The notes under the pieces are model-generated. The model saw only the letters and a program-made list of their open reading frames with translations, had not been told where the DNA came from and did not search any database. Made by a program: the position numbers and the translations under genes. From the IMG/VR virus record IMGVR_UViG_3300030329_003436, positions 1 to 64,000 of that record: a stretch of 64,000 nucleotides of DNA. The stretch is one strand, 5' to 3'. Origin of the DNA: a virus. Numbering within the stretch: the first letter of the stretch is position 1; the number at the start of each line of letters is the position of its first letter. Below are positions 48,029-57,670 of this stretch, piece after piece.

Positions 48029-50569
48029 TTAATCCCCTTTGATTAATATTTTTAATATACCGCTTGGAGAAGCGATTGTATTTGGTATTGACAAATTCAT
48101 TGTTCCTGACGGTCTTGCAAGTCCAGTGGTAAATAGATTCATGCTATCGTTTGTGGTAATTGCGGGTAGTCCAGCAACAGAACCTATACCAGCCAAATCT
48201 CTTTGGTTCAAATATAGATTCATTATACCACTTGCATTTTGTCTAATTGGAGAATCAATAAAGAGTTTTATACTATTGTTTATAGCTGTAGTACTTTGTT
48301 GTGCAAAAAGATTAAGTGTGGCAGTTGGTTTTGTACCTTCCGTATACAGCAGTCTTCTATTATTTATAGTTCCAATACCAACGTTAGGCATAGCTAATAT
48401 CATTGTCCCGCTAGGAGTGCCTCTTCCGGGCGGTCCTAGTATATACAGATCTCTTGTGCTATTTAGGAATGGGTAGGATACAGTTGCGCCTAAAGTGTAT
48501 AAATCTGCCGTGCGTCTTGTTGATGTAAAATCGTCAACTTTTGCATACAGATTCATAGCGGCGGCACTCATACCACCCTTGGAGAACAAGTTCATTGTTC
48601 TATTTGTAATTACAGACGCGCCAGCCGTGATAAAACCATGGCCAGTATCTCCTAATGCCGAAGATGATTCCTTCTTCACAAAGAGGTTCATACTTGCGGC
48701 GGCAACATCGGCGTCTACAAATAGATTCATATCACTGTTGATTGCCGTGACAGTTGTACCTCTAGTAAATAGATTCGGGCCATTTAGACTTAAACTATTA
48801 AAAGTTTCAAAACTACTGTATTTTACTCTTGTTGAATATATCTTAAATTCGCCGTCATATGGAAAATCAGCTTTTGGGTATACTACAGTAAGGTTTAGTT
48901 TATGATTTGCAAAAGCGTTAAAGAAAGATAAACCATCTTTACCATATATAACGTCAGGCATATCAGCGCTAAACGTAAGCTTGGTCTTTCCTCCAGAAGG
49001 AACATACTTATAGCCGCCAGCCCAATTAACGTTAAGACCAGACGCTGCTGTAGCTGTTTTGTTTGTTATTGATGCGTAAATATCCGCACCACTTGGATGA
49101 TTAGTTGAGTTCTCTACCCAAGCCTCTACGGTTAAACCGGTAAGCTGGAAAAAATTTGTTGGAGGATTAACAAGATCAAAACTGAGTACGGAAGATACGG
49201 CGTTCTTGGTAGGTGTTCTTACAAGACTGCCACAGTCACCACTTGCCTTATTGTAGTTATATAGAGCAAAAGCACCGCCTTTGGTATTGGTGCCATCTAC
49301 TCCAGACTCCACAGAGAGTTCAATATACTCAGTATCTAAAGCGTCAAATGCGCCCGTTCCTGTCTCGGTGGTTGGCCAGAAATCGTCACTTCCACCAAAA
49401 GCCTGACCGTCAAATGCCCCACCTGTTGGCGAACCAAGTTCCTCAACAAAGTTTCCAAGACGATAGATAGAGTTATAGAAGTTCTTAATGTCTTTATCTT
49501 TTAGGCCACTACCCATGACAGCAAGTTCGTCAAACCATCCACGGAAACCCTGCTCCAAGAAGGGGCGATGTTTCTTGCCTACCATAATCTCAGTATGGGC
49601 GCACGAGGAAGTGTCTCTGGAAAAACTCCCTGATGAACCTTCCAGATTGCCATTAACATAGATCCTCAGTTGTCCTTCGTCATATTTTCCTATGACATGG
49701 GTTGGGAACCTGTAGGAATCAAACCTATTAAGGGTTCTGGCATATCTTGCGGTGTTTACCCCGGACACGCTTTGATCCGCGCGAATATAATACCTTCCGT
49801 CGTAATCACACCCCATTATAATGTTGGCTGGGTCTTCTTTGTGTTGCGACATGAAGATGGAGTTAGTGGGTTCGCCACTGGGGAGAATCTTTGCGTAAGC
49901 TGTGTAATCACCACAAAGGTTAACACCACTACCGAGATTAAGGTGGGCATCTTTAGAAAGGTACAAGGCTCTTGCGGGGATTGCATCTCTACCCACTTCA
50001 CATCTTAAAGCACCGCCTTCGTACCATTGGGCATGTCCACCCGTGGTGGTATACTGGATTGTGGTAGCCGACCCTACGCATGTTCCTGCGTCCGTATCCG
50101 AGTCTGACTCCCCGATACGTGTTGGAGCAACCGGATTACATCCTACCGCTGCCGAACATTCACTTGTTAGCGCGGACCATTCTCCCGACCATGTTCCACC
50201 ACAAGCGTCACACTCTGTTTTTGTGGTTTCTGACCCCATACAGGTTCCACCTGAACAAGAACTGCCTGTCCATTGCCAATCGCCATCCTTACCAGAGCAG
50301 TCGTCACCTTCTGATGCAGTTCCACTACCCGGAATACTGACAACAGGACTTCCGCCATAGACACCACTACCTTCTAGCGGTAAAAACCTTCCACCAGCTT
50401 CACTAAACTTAGACTTTATTTCTTTGTAATAATTGCCTCGCCAGTAACCATAGTCGCGGTTTTTCTCACCGGCATCATTAATAGTTCCGCTAGGTGCGAG
50501 CGCCTTCTCACCGGCGTTTGACACACCGGCTAGAATGACTAATCCTACATTACCATTTATTGATGCCAT
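48029..50569 (-). CDS. Tail protein with LamG/concanavalin-like domain and C-terminal MNL[FY] repeats
   Basis: HVIGKYD..QLRIYVNG...FRGWFDELAV LamG motif; about 15 MNLF-type repeats; one Cys module. Confidence 0.72.
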   Translation of the reverse strand: MASINGNVGLVILAGVSNAGEKALAPSGTINDAGEKNRDYGYWRGNYYKEIKSKFSEAGGRFLPLEGSGVYGGSPVVSIPGSGTASEGDDCSGKDGDWQWTGSSCSGGTCMGSETTKTECDACGGTWSGEWSALTSECSAAVGCNPVAPTRIGESDSDTDAGTCVGSATTIQYTTTGGHAQWYEGGALRCEVGRDAIPARALYLSKDAHLNLGSGVNLCGDYTAYAKILPSGEPTNSIFMSQHKEDPANIIMGCDYDGRYYIRADQSVSGVNTARYARTLNRFDSYRFPTHVIGKYDEGQLRIYVNGNLEGSSGSFSRDTSSCAHTEIMVGKKHRPFLEQGFRGWFDELAVMGSGLKDKDIKNFYNSIYRLGNFVEELGSPTGGAFDGQAFGGSDDFWPTTETGTGAFDALDTEYIELSVESGVDGTNTKGGAFALYNYNKASGDCGSLVRTPTKNAVSSVLSFDLVNPPTNFFQLTGLTVEAWVENSTNHPSGADIYASITNKTATAASGLNVNWAGGYKYVPSGGKTKLTFSADMPDVIYGKDGLSFFNAFANHKLNLTVVYPKADFPYDGEFKIYSTRVKYSSFETFNSLSLNGPNLFTRGTTVTAINSDMNLFVDADVAAASMNLFVKKESSSALGDTGHGFITAGASVITNRTMNLFSKGGMSAAAMNLYAKVDDFTSTRRTADLYTLGATVSYPFLNSTRDLYILGPPGRGTPSGTMILAMPNVGIGTINNRRLLYTEGTKPTATLNLFAQQSTTAINNSIKLFIDSPIRQNASGIMNLYLNQRDLAGIGSVAGLPAITTNDSMNLFTTGLARPSGTMNLSIPNTIASPSGILKILIKGD
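48035..48785 (-). repeat. Degenerate protein-level tandem repeat x-M-N-L-[FY]
   Basis: DMNLF, SMNLF, TMNLF, AMNLY, TADLY, TRDLY, TLNLF, IMNLY, SMNLF, TMNLS and others. Confidence 0.75.
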
Positions 50570-50584
50570 TTAATGATCCTGCTA

Positions 50585-53500
50585 TTATTGCCCCATTGGT
50601 CCCAAGGGGGTTTTAGTGAACGTGCTTTGTCTTCCTATTTGGGGGAAGTGTTTTGCGAGCATGTCATTGATACCCTTTGTAATCTGATTATCTACCATGT
50701 TCCCAACACTGCCTTTTATATTGGCGAGTGTTTCTGCGGCAGGTATATGTACAACAACATCAACTTTTCCTCCTACCTGTACACTAAACCCTTTGCCTAA
50801 TACTTCGCCCAGTCTATCTATGTGTCCAGAAAATCTGTTTACACTTGCATCAAAAGCGCTACTATCAAGAGACACACCCATGCCTCCATTTGCAAGATAT
50901 GCAGTCCCACCCTTACTAAAACCTTTTGCCATGCCTTTTGCACCTTGAGAATTTAAAGCCTTCAAGAATGGAATACCGACAGACTTAACTGCTTGTCTCC
51001 TTACAACAAACTCTCCCGGTGTTAACATGGCAGGAACCGTGTCAGTTCCTCGTGGTATAAATCTTCCGCCGCTTGCATATACTACACCGCCACTAGCCTT
51101 GTTTTGCGTAAATTTCTCGGCTCTCTGTTCAGCTTGTTTTGCGGTTTCTTTACTTTTGTTAATATTTTGCGTAGCCTCTTCTATCCTCTCTGCCGCATCT
51201 TCAACGGACTCTTTCAATTTTCCAAAACTATCATTCATGGATATTTTTTCTAAATCTTCATATATGTCGGCTGCAAATTTTTCATTTCTAAATTTCGCCA
51301 TTTCTCCCCGTTTGAAACCAGCATCTCCCATGTCGCGTTGAAAATTTTCCTTCGCCGTTTCTAATTCTTCCTTAACATCAGTAGCTCTCCCCGCCATAAA
51401 TGTTTCAAAGTGTTCAAAAATTTCATCCATTTCTTCATTCATGCTTGCCAGCCCTTGCGCGCCGCCAACACCAGTTGTTTTCCATTTCTCGAAGCCTGCC
51501 ATAACTTCATCAACTACCTTCTGCTGCTCGTCTCCAGTAGTACCCTGCGCAGATAACCTATTTCTAGTTTGAAGTTCTAAATCTTTCTCCATAGTTTCTA
51601 AGAATCTACTAGCTTCGGAAATGTCACCGATGTTGTTGTCATCCATCCAGCCGAAACCGAAAGCACCTTGATTGTCACCATAAGCGTCCTTTGTATAATC
51701 AAAGAAGTTTTTGCCGCCCTTAACAACTTCAGCCGCTCCCTCAGCAGTCCGAATCCGTTCTGATGCATTGGCAAACATGTCAATATTTTCCTGTTGACCT
51801 TTCATCGCCTTTATTGCAGCAGTTCTATCTGCGTCACTCATTGCATCGAACCTGTCTTTTCCAACGACCTTTTTGAGGGTTTCTGACATACGCTCCATTC
51901 TGTCGTTTGCGTCACCCATCGCTGCTTCTTGCGAAGCCTTCTCTTTTTGCTCTCTTGTTTGGAATTTCTCTTCAAGTATTTTTTGGAATTTTACAAGGAA
52001 GTTTTCGTGTATAGTAGTTAAAACTTTATTTAACTCATCACGATCTTGCTTAAGAGGTTCAATAAGCGCATCAGCAGCAGTTTCACCCTCTCGCATGATA
52101 CCTTTAGCCTCCTCAATTTTGTCCTTTTCTTCTTGTGTGGCCTCAAGACCCATCCTACCTCTGGCTTGTGAAGTTCCCCATGAAGGTCCACCAACGCCTG
52201 TAGCAAAGTTTCCTAATAATTGCTCCATCATCTGTTGTCTAGTTTGACCGGTAGCAGCAAAGATTTGGTTTTCATTCATAGAATTTAATAACTGCTGCAC
52301 TCCACGCCTATCTTCTCCAGATAGGGCTTCTAGTCCTCTAGGATCAGATAATGCTCTTTGCAGATTATTAACACTGTCTGCCCACTTTTCACGGTCTTCA
52401 TCAGTACCAAAAGCAAGATCTTCCATGGTCTTTTCTTTAGAAGCTCGTATTTCTTGAAGTCGAGTAAGTTCCTCTGTTACTGCACTAAGCCGTTCTTGAA
52501 TATTGGTATAGCTTTTAAGCGCGCCTTCTACCTGCTTGTATTGCTTTTTAAGGTTATCATTTTCTTTTTGTGCTTCAGCAAACTTGTCACCAAGCTTCTC
52601 AGTCTCTTCCCCTGTTGAGCCTGTTGTAGCACCAAAGTTTGAAAGTCTATTATTAGATTCATTTATACGCTGTTTTAATGATAGCAACTCTTGACCTAGA
52701 TCATCAGCCCCAACCAATCCTGTTCCGCCTTTAGCTTTAGCTATATCAGTTCCGCCAAGCTGAATCTGCTGTTTTCTAATTTCGACAGCTCGGAAGTCTG
52801 CTTGCGTGATATCTCTGCCCTCCATTTTGGCGAGCCTTTTTTCGTTAGACCACTGCATGCTTACAACGCCCTTTTGGGCTTCGATGATATCCATTTCAAC
52901 TTTTCTACGTTCTGCATAAGCTTGGGCTAATTGCGTATTAAACGTATCAAATAACTTGGCCGTCTCTTCAAAAGCCTGTCGCATTGGTTCAAAACCACTA
53001 GCCAGATCCTCTTGTATTGAGGCACCAGCCTCCTCAAAAGCTTCATTGAAGTCTTTACCACCTTCAACCTCTGCTGTAGCAGCGTCCAGTCTAGCCTTAA
53101 TTTTCTTCTTGAGGTGTTGCGGAAGTTCGTCAAACGTACCTCCTCCAAATTGTAGATCAATATCGTCTTTAAGCCTGTCCATGACCCGCTTGCCCATAGA
53201 TTGGCCTTCAATCTTTCCACGGTCTTTTTCAGCCCCCAAAGCGCCGGTTATATTACTCATTATTTTTTGCGCGCCAAGCATGTCTGTTGCCATGGCCCCG
53301 CCACCGGTTCCCATTTCACCAGCGATATTCTTGACCCTTTCCTCAAAAGCTGCTTGTTCACTTTTTGTGCTAATAGCGGCAACTTCAGCGGAAGAGAACC
53401 TACCTCCCATCTTTCCAGCGGTAACAGCTCCGTCCATGTTAGAAGACAGGTTAGCCATTCTGTTATCAACAGCTTCAACAGAAGCTCCCATGCTCGTAAC

Positions 53501-56500
53501 GGCATCAGAAACCTCAATGGATTTCATAAGATTTTCAGTAGACGCTTTAACAGCCTCGTCAAATTCCTTCATAGCCTGAGTGACTTTATAGTGAGCTTCA
53601 GCCTCTGCCATTACCTGAGACCTAAGTTCAGCCGTGGTTTTGCCTTGCATCCTTGCGTGGTCACTGAGAGTTGTTCCGCTCTTTTCAAGATTGCTTTCAA
53701 AGTCTTTAAAACTTTGCTGTGCAAATCTTACTGAAGCAGCATCTTCTCCTTCTACTTCTTCCTGAATAACCCTGCCTGTTGCTGTTGTTTTTACTCTTAT
53801 TGCCGTTCCTTCTTCACTTCTTTTAATTTCCGCATCTTGTTTTTCAAAAGCGGCAGCTTGTGCAAATGCTACAATCTGAGGGCTGGCTTCTTTTAAAGCA
53901 ATTTTAAATTCTTCAAGAGCCTGAACAGATTCCTCAGAAGCATGTTTATCCCAGAACCAACCATTCTGCACAAGCTCCCCAGCTCTTTTAGAGGCAGCAT
54001 CATTGGCTCTACTATAATCCCTAAGAACCGATTCTGTAGTCTTCAAGCCTTTTTCATGATCGGTTAATGATTTTTCCCAAGCTGTGGCTGCGGCGTTAAA
54101 TTCTAGTCTTGAAATGTCTTCTAGCGCTTGCGAAGTTCCATTTATTGCACTTGTGAACCAACCGAATGCTCCGCCCACCGCTGAACCAACAGCAGCGCCA
54201 ACCGCTGCCCCAAGGGGGCCACCAATCATCCCTACAAGACCACCAACAATCCCTCCAACTGTCGATCCAGTAGAAGCATCGCTTACCTTCTCCTGTGTTA
54301 TTAGAGCCTGCTGCTCACCTGCGGTTAAAGCCCTACCACTCTCCTCTGCCTGTGTCATCATTGCTTGCGCTTGATTTTTTAGCGATCCAGCGTAGCTTGC
54401 TAAAGCAATATCTGCTATAGCAGCCGCCGCTCCTAATGCGCTTAAAGCTTTTGCCGCTTTTGGCCCCACGTTGGCCATTGTACGAGCAAATTTACCCATG
54501 CCCTGAGCGGTTTTTTGTGTTGCTGTATTTAATCCGTGTAATATTTTGCTACTACCCCTTGTGTGGCCAAGTCTTCCGGCCTCAGAAGCGGCAAAGCCTG
54601 CCCGCCCCGAAACTGATTTTATATTTGGGCCGAACCTGCCGTACAACTTCCTCGCTTCACCTCGTCGAACGATCTTTCCGGGCGAGTCGCCCATACCCAT
54701 AGCAATATTAGGACCGCCGCTTCTACCGGCACGGAAAGATTCTAGGGTTCCTCTTCCATAACCACCAATCCTTTGTCCAAACCCAGTCATTGCACCTCTG
54801 GCTTTTTTTGCAGCAACTCCAGCTCCACCCACTCCAGCACCAGTAAGTAGAGCTTTACCCCAACCAAAAGTTCCTGCTGCTATGTCAGCCAGTTTGCCAC
54901 CAAACATTTTAAGACCGCTCATGAGACCCGCCATGTCCATTTCCCGCACAATGCTAAACATCTGCATCGCGGTAGCGGCCATAACGGTTGAGTCAATTAA
55001 AAAATGCATAGAATCTGAGGCGCCAAATACACTGTCGGCAAATTGAGTGGCTATTCCACCAAGAACAGACCATTTCGTATAAACCATCAGTCCTGTTTGA
55101 GCTATATTGCCCAATACGGGTAGCATTTCTCCCATAGCATGTTTTATGCCACCAGCAGAATCTTTAACACCGTCTAAAGCTTCAGTACCCTCTTTAGCCG
55201 TGCCACTAAATCCCCCCATCACCCCTTGGAGCATAGCAAACTGCATTATAATGCTAGTTAGGTCTAAACCACCGCCGCCACCTCCGACTTCTAGGAATCC
55301 ACCACCACCAACAACGCCGCCATCGGCCATCTTGTTCATACTATATAGATTGCCGTAGCCTATACTTTGGGCTGACTTCTTATTGATTACAAACTCGCCG
55401 GGAGTTAGAAGAGAAGGAACGGTGTCTGTGCCATGACCAGTTATCCCACCCGCAGCGTTATGTTGAGTGCCTCGCACGCCGCCGGTTGTTTTCGGCTGCA
55501 CCGTAAAAGCGTCTATATGTCTTAATGTTGCAGCAGTAGGAATAAATTCAGCAACTGAGCCGATTCTAAAATGATCGTCTCCATGAGTGGCTTTTTTACC
55601 TGTAAGAAAGCCTTCCTCGTTTAAAAATCTATGTCTGTATAGCTTATTGGCCATAAGAGAATCGCTGTGAGACTTCGCACTAATTGCTGCGTCTCCAATT
55701 GCACCACCAAGAGTGCCATCCAAAGGAGGACTTGATCCTTTGAATTTGGTTAGTTTTTTCGACCCAGCTAACAGGGCTTCCCAAGCTCGACCCTGTTCCG
55801 TTAGGTCTCCCGTCTTTCTTGCTTGTTTATAGCGAGTTGCAAGAGCTGGATATTTCTGCAATGTTGAGGCATGAAAACCGACAGGTTTGTGAGTGTTCTG
55901 TGCGGTAAAAGTATCATCAAGACCAAATTGATTAATTAGATCACCGCTTTTTTTCCAAGGCACCCCTCTTTCTTTATCCCAATCTCTACCAGCTTTACGG
56001 TTGAATAAGTCTCCAACACCTCTACGATAAGGACGAAGATCGCTTCCCTTAGCGGTTACAGAACCGCCTTTGGCATACCTATTCATGCTAGCAAGTCTGC
56101 CAGCACCAATACTATTAACAGCACTTTTACGAAGAACAAACTCACCACTTTCTAATAGCGCCGGAACCGTATCGCCATTACCCTTGCCCGGAACCAATCC
56201 ACCACTAGAAAAACGACTAACCCTACCGCCAAATTGTTTACCGGCAGCTCCATCGCCGCCGCCAAAAATCCTCCCAAAGCCAAATTTAGCTATCTTAACC
56301 GCGCCCAATGTAGCAAGCATGGGAAGGATGGGGGCGAGCGTGTCTCCGATTTTAACCAACGCATCAGCTAACTTAAGAGCGCCGCTAGCAAGAACCTGAA
56401 AAGCTTTGGATTCAACGATGCTACGGAATAGTTCTTTTACGTCTTCAGTGAGTTTTTGAATTTGTATCGCTAATGAGGCTTGGGCGGTAATAGCGTCCCT

Positions 56501-57598
56501 ACTTAAACTACCGCTCTCTTTTTGGGCAACATTAAGCGCAGCTTGGGCCGTGCTAAATTGCTGGATTAATGGAATTACCTTAGAAACCTGTCTAAAACCA
56601 CCAAGCTGTTCAACAATTTGAGAATAGCGAACATCTCTAGGGTCTAAACCAGCAAGCGCTTTATTAAGCCTGTTAACGGCTTCATATGGACCAACAAACT
56701 TTCCTTCTAAATCTTGCAACTCAATACCAAAGGTTCTTAAGAACTCAATTGTTTCAGGTCTTTGCATACGTGTAAAGATAGTACGAAAACCGGTAGCAAT
56801 AGTTTCAGCAGTTTCACGAGTCGTACTACGTACAGAAGTGAACAACGCAATAAGTTCTTCTAATTCACCACCAGCAGATTTAAACGCGCCACCAGCACGT
56901 CTAATGGCTACACCAATATCACCGGCTTCAACAGCAAATTTTCCAGCAACAGAGTTGATTTGGCCAAGAACTCTATCTAGATCTTTGGCTTCCAATTTGA
57001 ACTGCCGCATAGCAGCAATAGCGGTTTCCGTGGTATCTGTAATGTCATCAAAAGTAGGAGCTAGACTGGTTTTAGCCAAGGACTCTAATGCAATTTTAAC
57101 ATCCTTAGCACTTAAACCTGTCTGTGCTAAAACACGAGATGTTTTAACTAAAGAGGCTGACGAAACACCCAAGTTGGTAGACAGTCTTGATATTTCGTTC
57201 TGAAGGTCTTTAAGAGCGCTCATGCTCTGGTTAGTAACCTGAGCAACTTTGATCATTTCTCGCTCAAAATCTATAGCAGCTCTTACATTGTCCTCAAGAG
57301 TGCGACGAAAAGTATTTAAAATGGCTCTAGCAATATCATATCTAAACACTTGTTTAAGAGCCTTACCAAGAGCAAGGTCCATTTTTCTTACGCCACCAGC
57401 AGACTTTTCCATCTCCTTGCCCATCTGCTTAGTGGCATCTGCTGCTGCCTTGATATCTTTTTGAGCTTTTGCAGCACCTTTAACATCAATATCTACATGC
57501 ACGCCCTTCAGTTGTTTATTGATGTCACGAACAACAGATCGAACGTTTTTGGGTGCTTGCAGTTGAAGCTGGGCGGTTAATACGAATTTTTGTGCCAT
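50585..57598 (-). CDS. Tail tape measure protein (TP901-type core) with internal modules
   Basis: Core LAQTG.., RSTTRETAETIATGFRTIFTR, LGGFRQVSK; coiled coils; glycine zipper; three DTVP..L..GEFV modules. Confidence 0.92.
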   Translation of the reverse strand: MAQKFVLTAQLQLQAPKNVRSVVRDINKQLKGVHVDIDVKGAAKAQKDIKAAADATKQMGKEMEKSAGGVRKMDLALGKALKQVFRYDIARAILNTFRRTLEDNVRAAIDFEREMIKVAQVTNQSMSALKDLQNEISRLSTNLGVSSASLVKTSRVLAQTGLSAKDVKIALESLAKTSLAPTFDDITDTTETAIAAMRQFKLEAKDLDRVLGQINSVAGKFAVEAGDIGVAIRRAGGAFKSAGGELEELIALFTSVRSTTRETAETIATGFRTIFTRMQRPETIEFLRTFGIELQDLEGKFVGPYEAVNRLNKALAGLDPRDVRYSQIVEQLGGFRQVSKVIPLIQQFSTAQAALNVAQKESGSLSRDAITAQASLAIQIQKLTEDVKELFRSIVESKAFQVLASGALKLADALVKIGDTLAPILPMLATLGAVKIAKFGFGRIFGGGDGAAGKQFGGRVSRFSSGGLVPGKGNGDTVPALLESGEFVLRKSAVNSIGAGRLASMNRYAKGGSVTAKGSDLRPYRRGVGDLFNRKAGRDWDKERGVPWKKSGDLINQFGLDDTFTAQNTHKPVGFHASTLQKYPALATRYKQARKTGDLTEQGRAWEALLAGSKKLTKFKGSSPPLDGTLGGAIGDAAISAKSHSDSLMANKLYRHRFLNEEGFLTGKKATHGDDHFRIGSVAEFIPTAATLRHIDAFTVQPKTTGGVRGTQHNAAGGITGHGTDTVPSLLTPGEFVINKKSAQSIGYGNLYSMNKMADGGVVGGGGFLEVGGGGGGLDLTSIIMQFAMLQGVMGGFSGTAKEGTEALDGVKDSAGGIKHAMGEMLPVLGNIAQTGLMVYTKWSVLGGIATQFADSVFGASDSMHFLIDSTVMAATAMQMFSIVREMDMAGLMSGLKMFGGKLADIAAGTFGWGKALLTGAGVGGAGVAAKKARGAMTGFGQRIGGYGRGTLESFRAGRSGGPNIAMGMGDSPGKIVRRGEARKLYGRFGPNIKSVSGRAGFAASEAGRLGHTRGSSKILHGLNTATQKTAQGMGKFARTMANVGPKAAKALSALGAAAAIADIALASYAGSLKNQAQAMMTQAEESGRALTAGEQQALITQEKVSDASTGSTVGGIVGGLVGMIGGPLGAAVGAAVGSAVGGAFGWFTSAINGTSQALEDISRLEFNAAATAWEKSLTDHEKGLKTTESVLRDYSRANDAASKRAGELVQNGWFWDKHASEESVQALEEFKIALKEASPQIVAFAQAAAFEKQDAEIKRSEEGTAIRVKTTATGRVIQEEVEGEDAASVRFAQQSFKDFESNLEKSGTTLSDHARMQGKTTAELRSQVMAEAEAHYKVTQAMKEFDEAVKASTENLMKSIEVSDAVTSMGASVEAVDNRMANLSSNMDGAVTAGKMGGRFSSAEVAAISTKSEQAAFEERVKNIAGEMGTGGGAMATDMLGAQKIMSNITGALGAEKDRGKIEGQSMGKRVMDRLKDDIDLQFGGGTFDELPQHLKKKIKARLDAATAEVEGGKDFNEAFEEAGASIQEDLASGFEPMRQAFEETAKLFDTFNTQLAQAYAERRKVEMDIIEAQKGVVSMQWSNEKRLAKMEGRDITQADFRAVEIRKQQIQLGGTDIAKAKGGTGLVGADDLGQELLSLKQRINESNNRLSNFGATTGSTGEETEKLGDKFAEAQKENDNLKKQYKQVEGALKSYTNIQERLSAVTEELTRLQEIRASKEKTMEDLAFGTDEDREKWADSVNNLQRALSDPRGLEALSGEDRRGVQQLLNSMNENQIFAATGQTRQQMMEQLLGNFATGVGGPSWGTSQARGRMGLEATQEEKDKIEEAKGIMREGETAADALIEPLKQDRDELNKVLTTIHENFLVKFQKILEEKFQTREQKEKASQEAAMGDANDRMERMSETLKKVVGKDRFDAMSDADRTAAIKAMKGQQENIDMFANASERIRTAEGAAEVVKGGKNFFDYTKDAYGDNQGAFGFGWMDDNNIGDISEASRFLETMEKDLELQTRNRLSAQGTTGDEQQKVVDEVMAGFEKWKTTGVGGAQGLASMNEEMDEIFEHFETFMAGRATDVKEELETAKENFQRDMGDAGFKRGEMAKFRNEKFAADIYEDLEKISMNDSFGKLKESVEDAAERIEEATQNINKSKETAKQAEQRAEKFTQNKASGGVVYASGGRFIPRGTDTVPAMLTPGEFVVRRQAVKSVGIPFLKALNSQGAKGMAKGFSKGGTAYLANGGMGVSLDSSAFDASVNRFSGHIDRLGEVLGKGFSVQVGGKVDVVVHIPAAETLANIKGSVGNMVDNQITKGINDMLAKHFPQIGRQSTFTKTPLGPMGQ

Positions 57599-57610
57599 GT
57601 TGGGAACCCC

Positions 57611-57656
57611 AAAAAAAATGGGCATACCGATAGCGCAGAGCTACGCGATACACCCA
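57611..57656 (-). terminator. Terminator-like hairpin directly upstream of the tape measure start
   Basis: TGGGTGTATCG pairs with CGGTATGCCCA and is followed by T8, ending 12 nt before the ATG. Confidence 0.65.
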
Positions 57657-57670
57657 CTATCTTTTATAAA

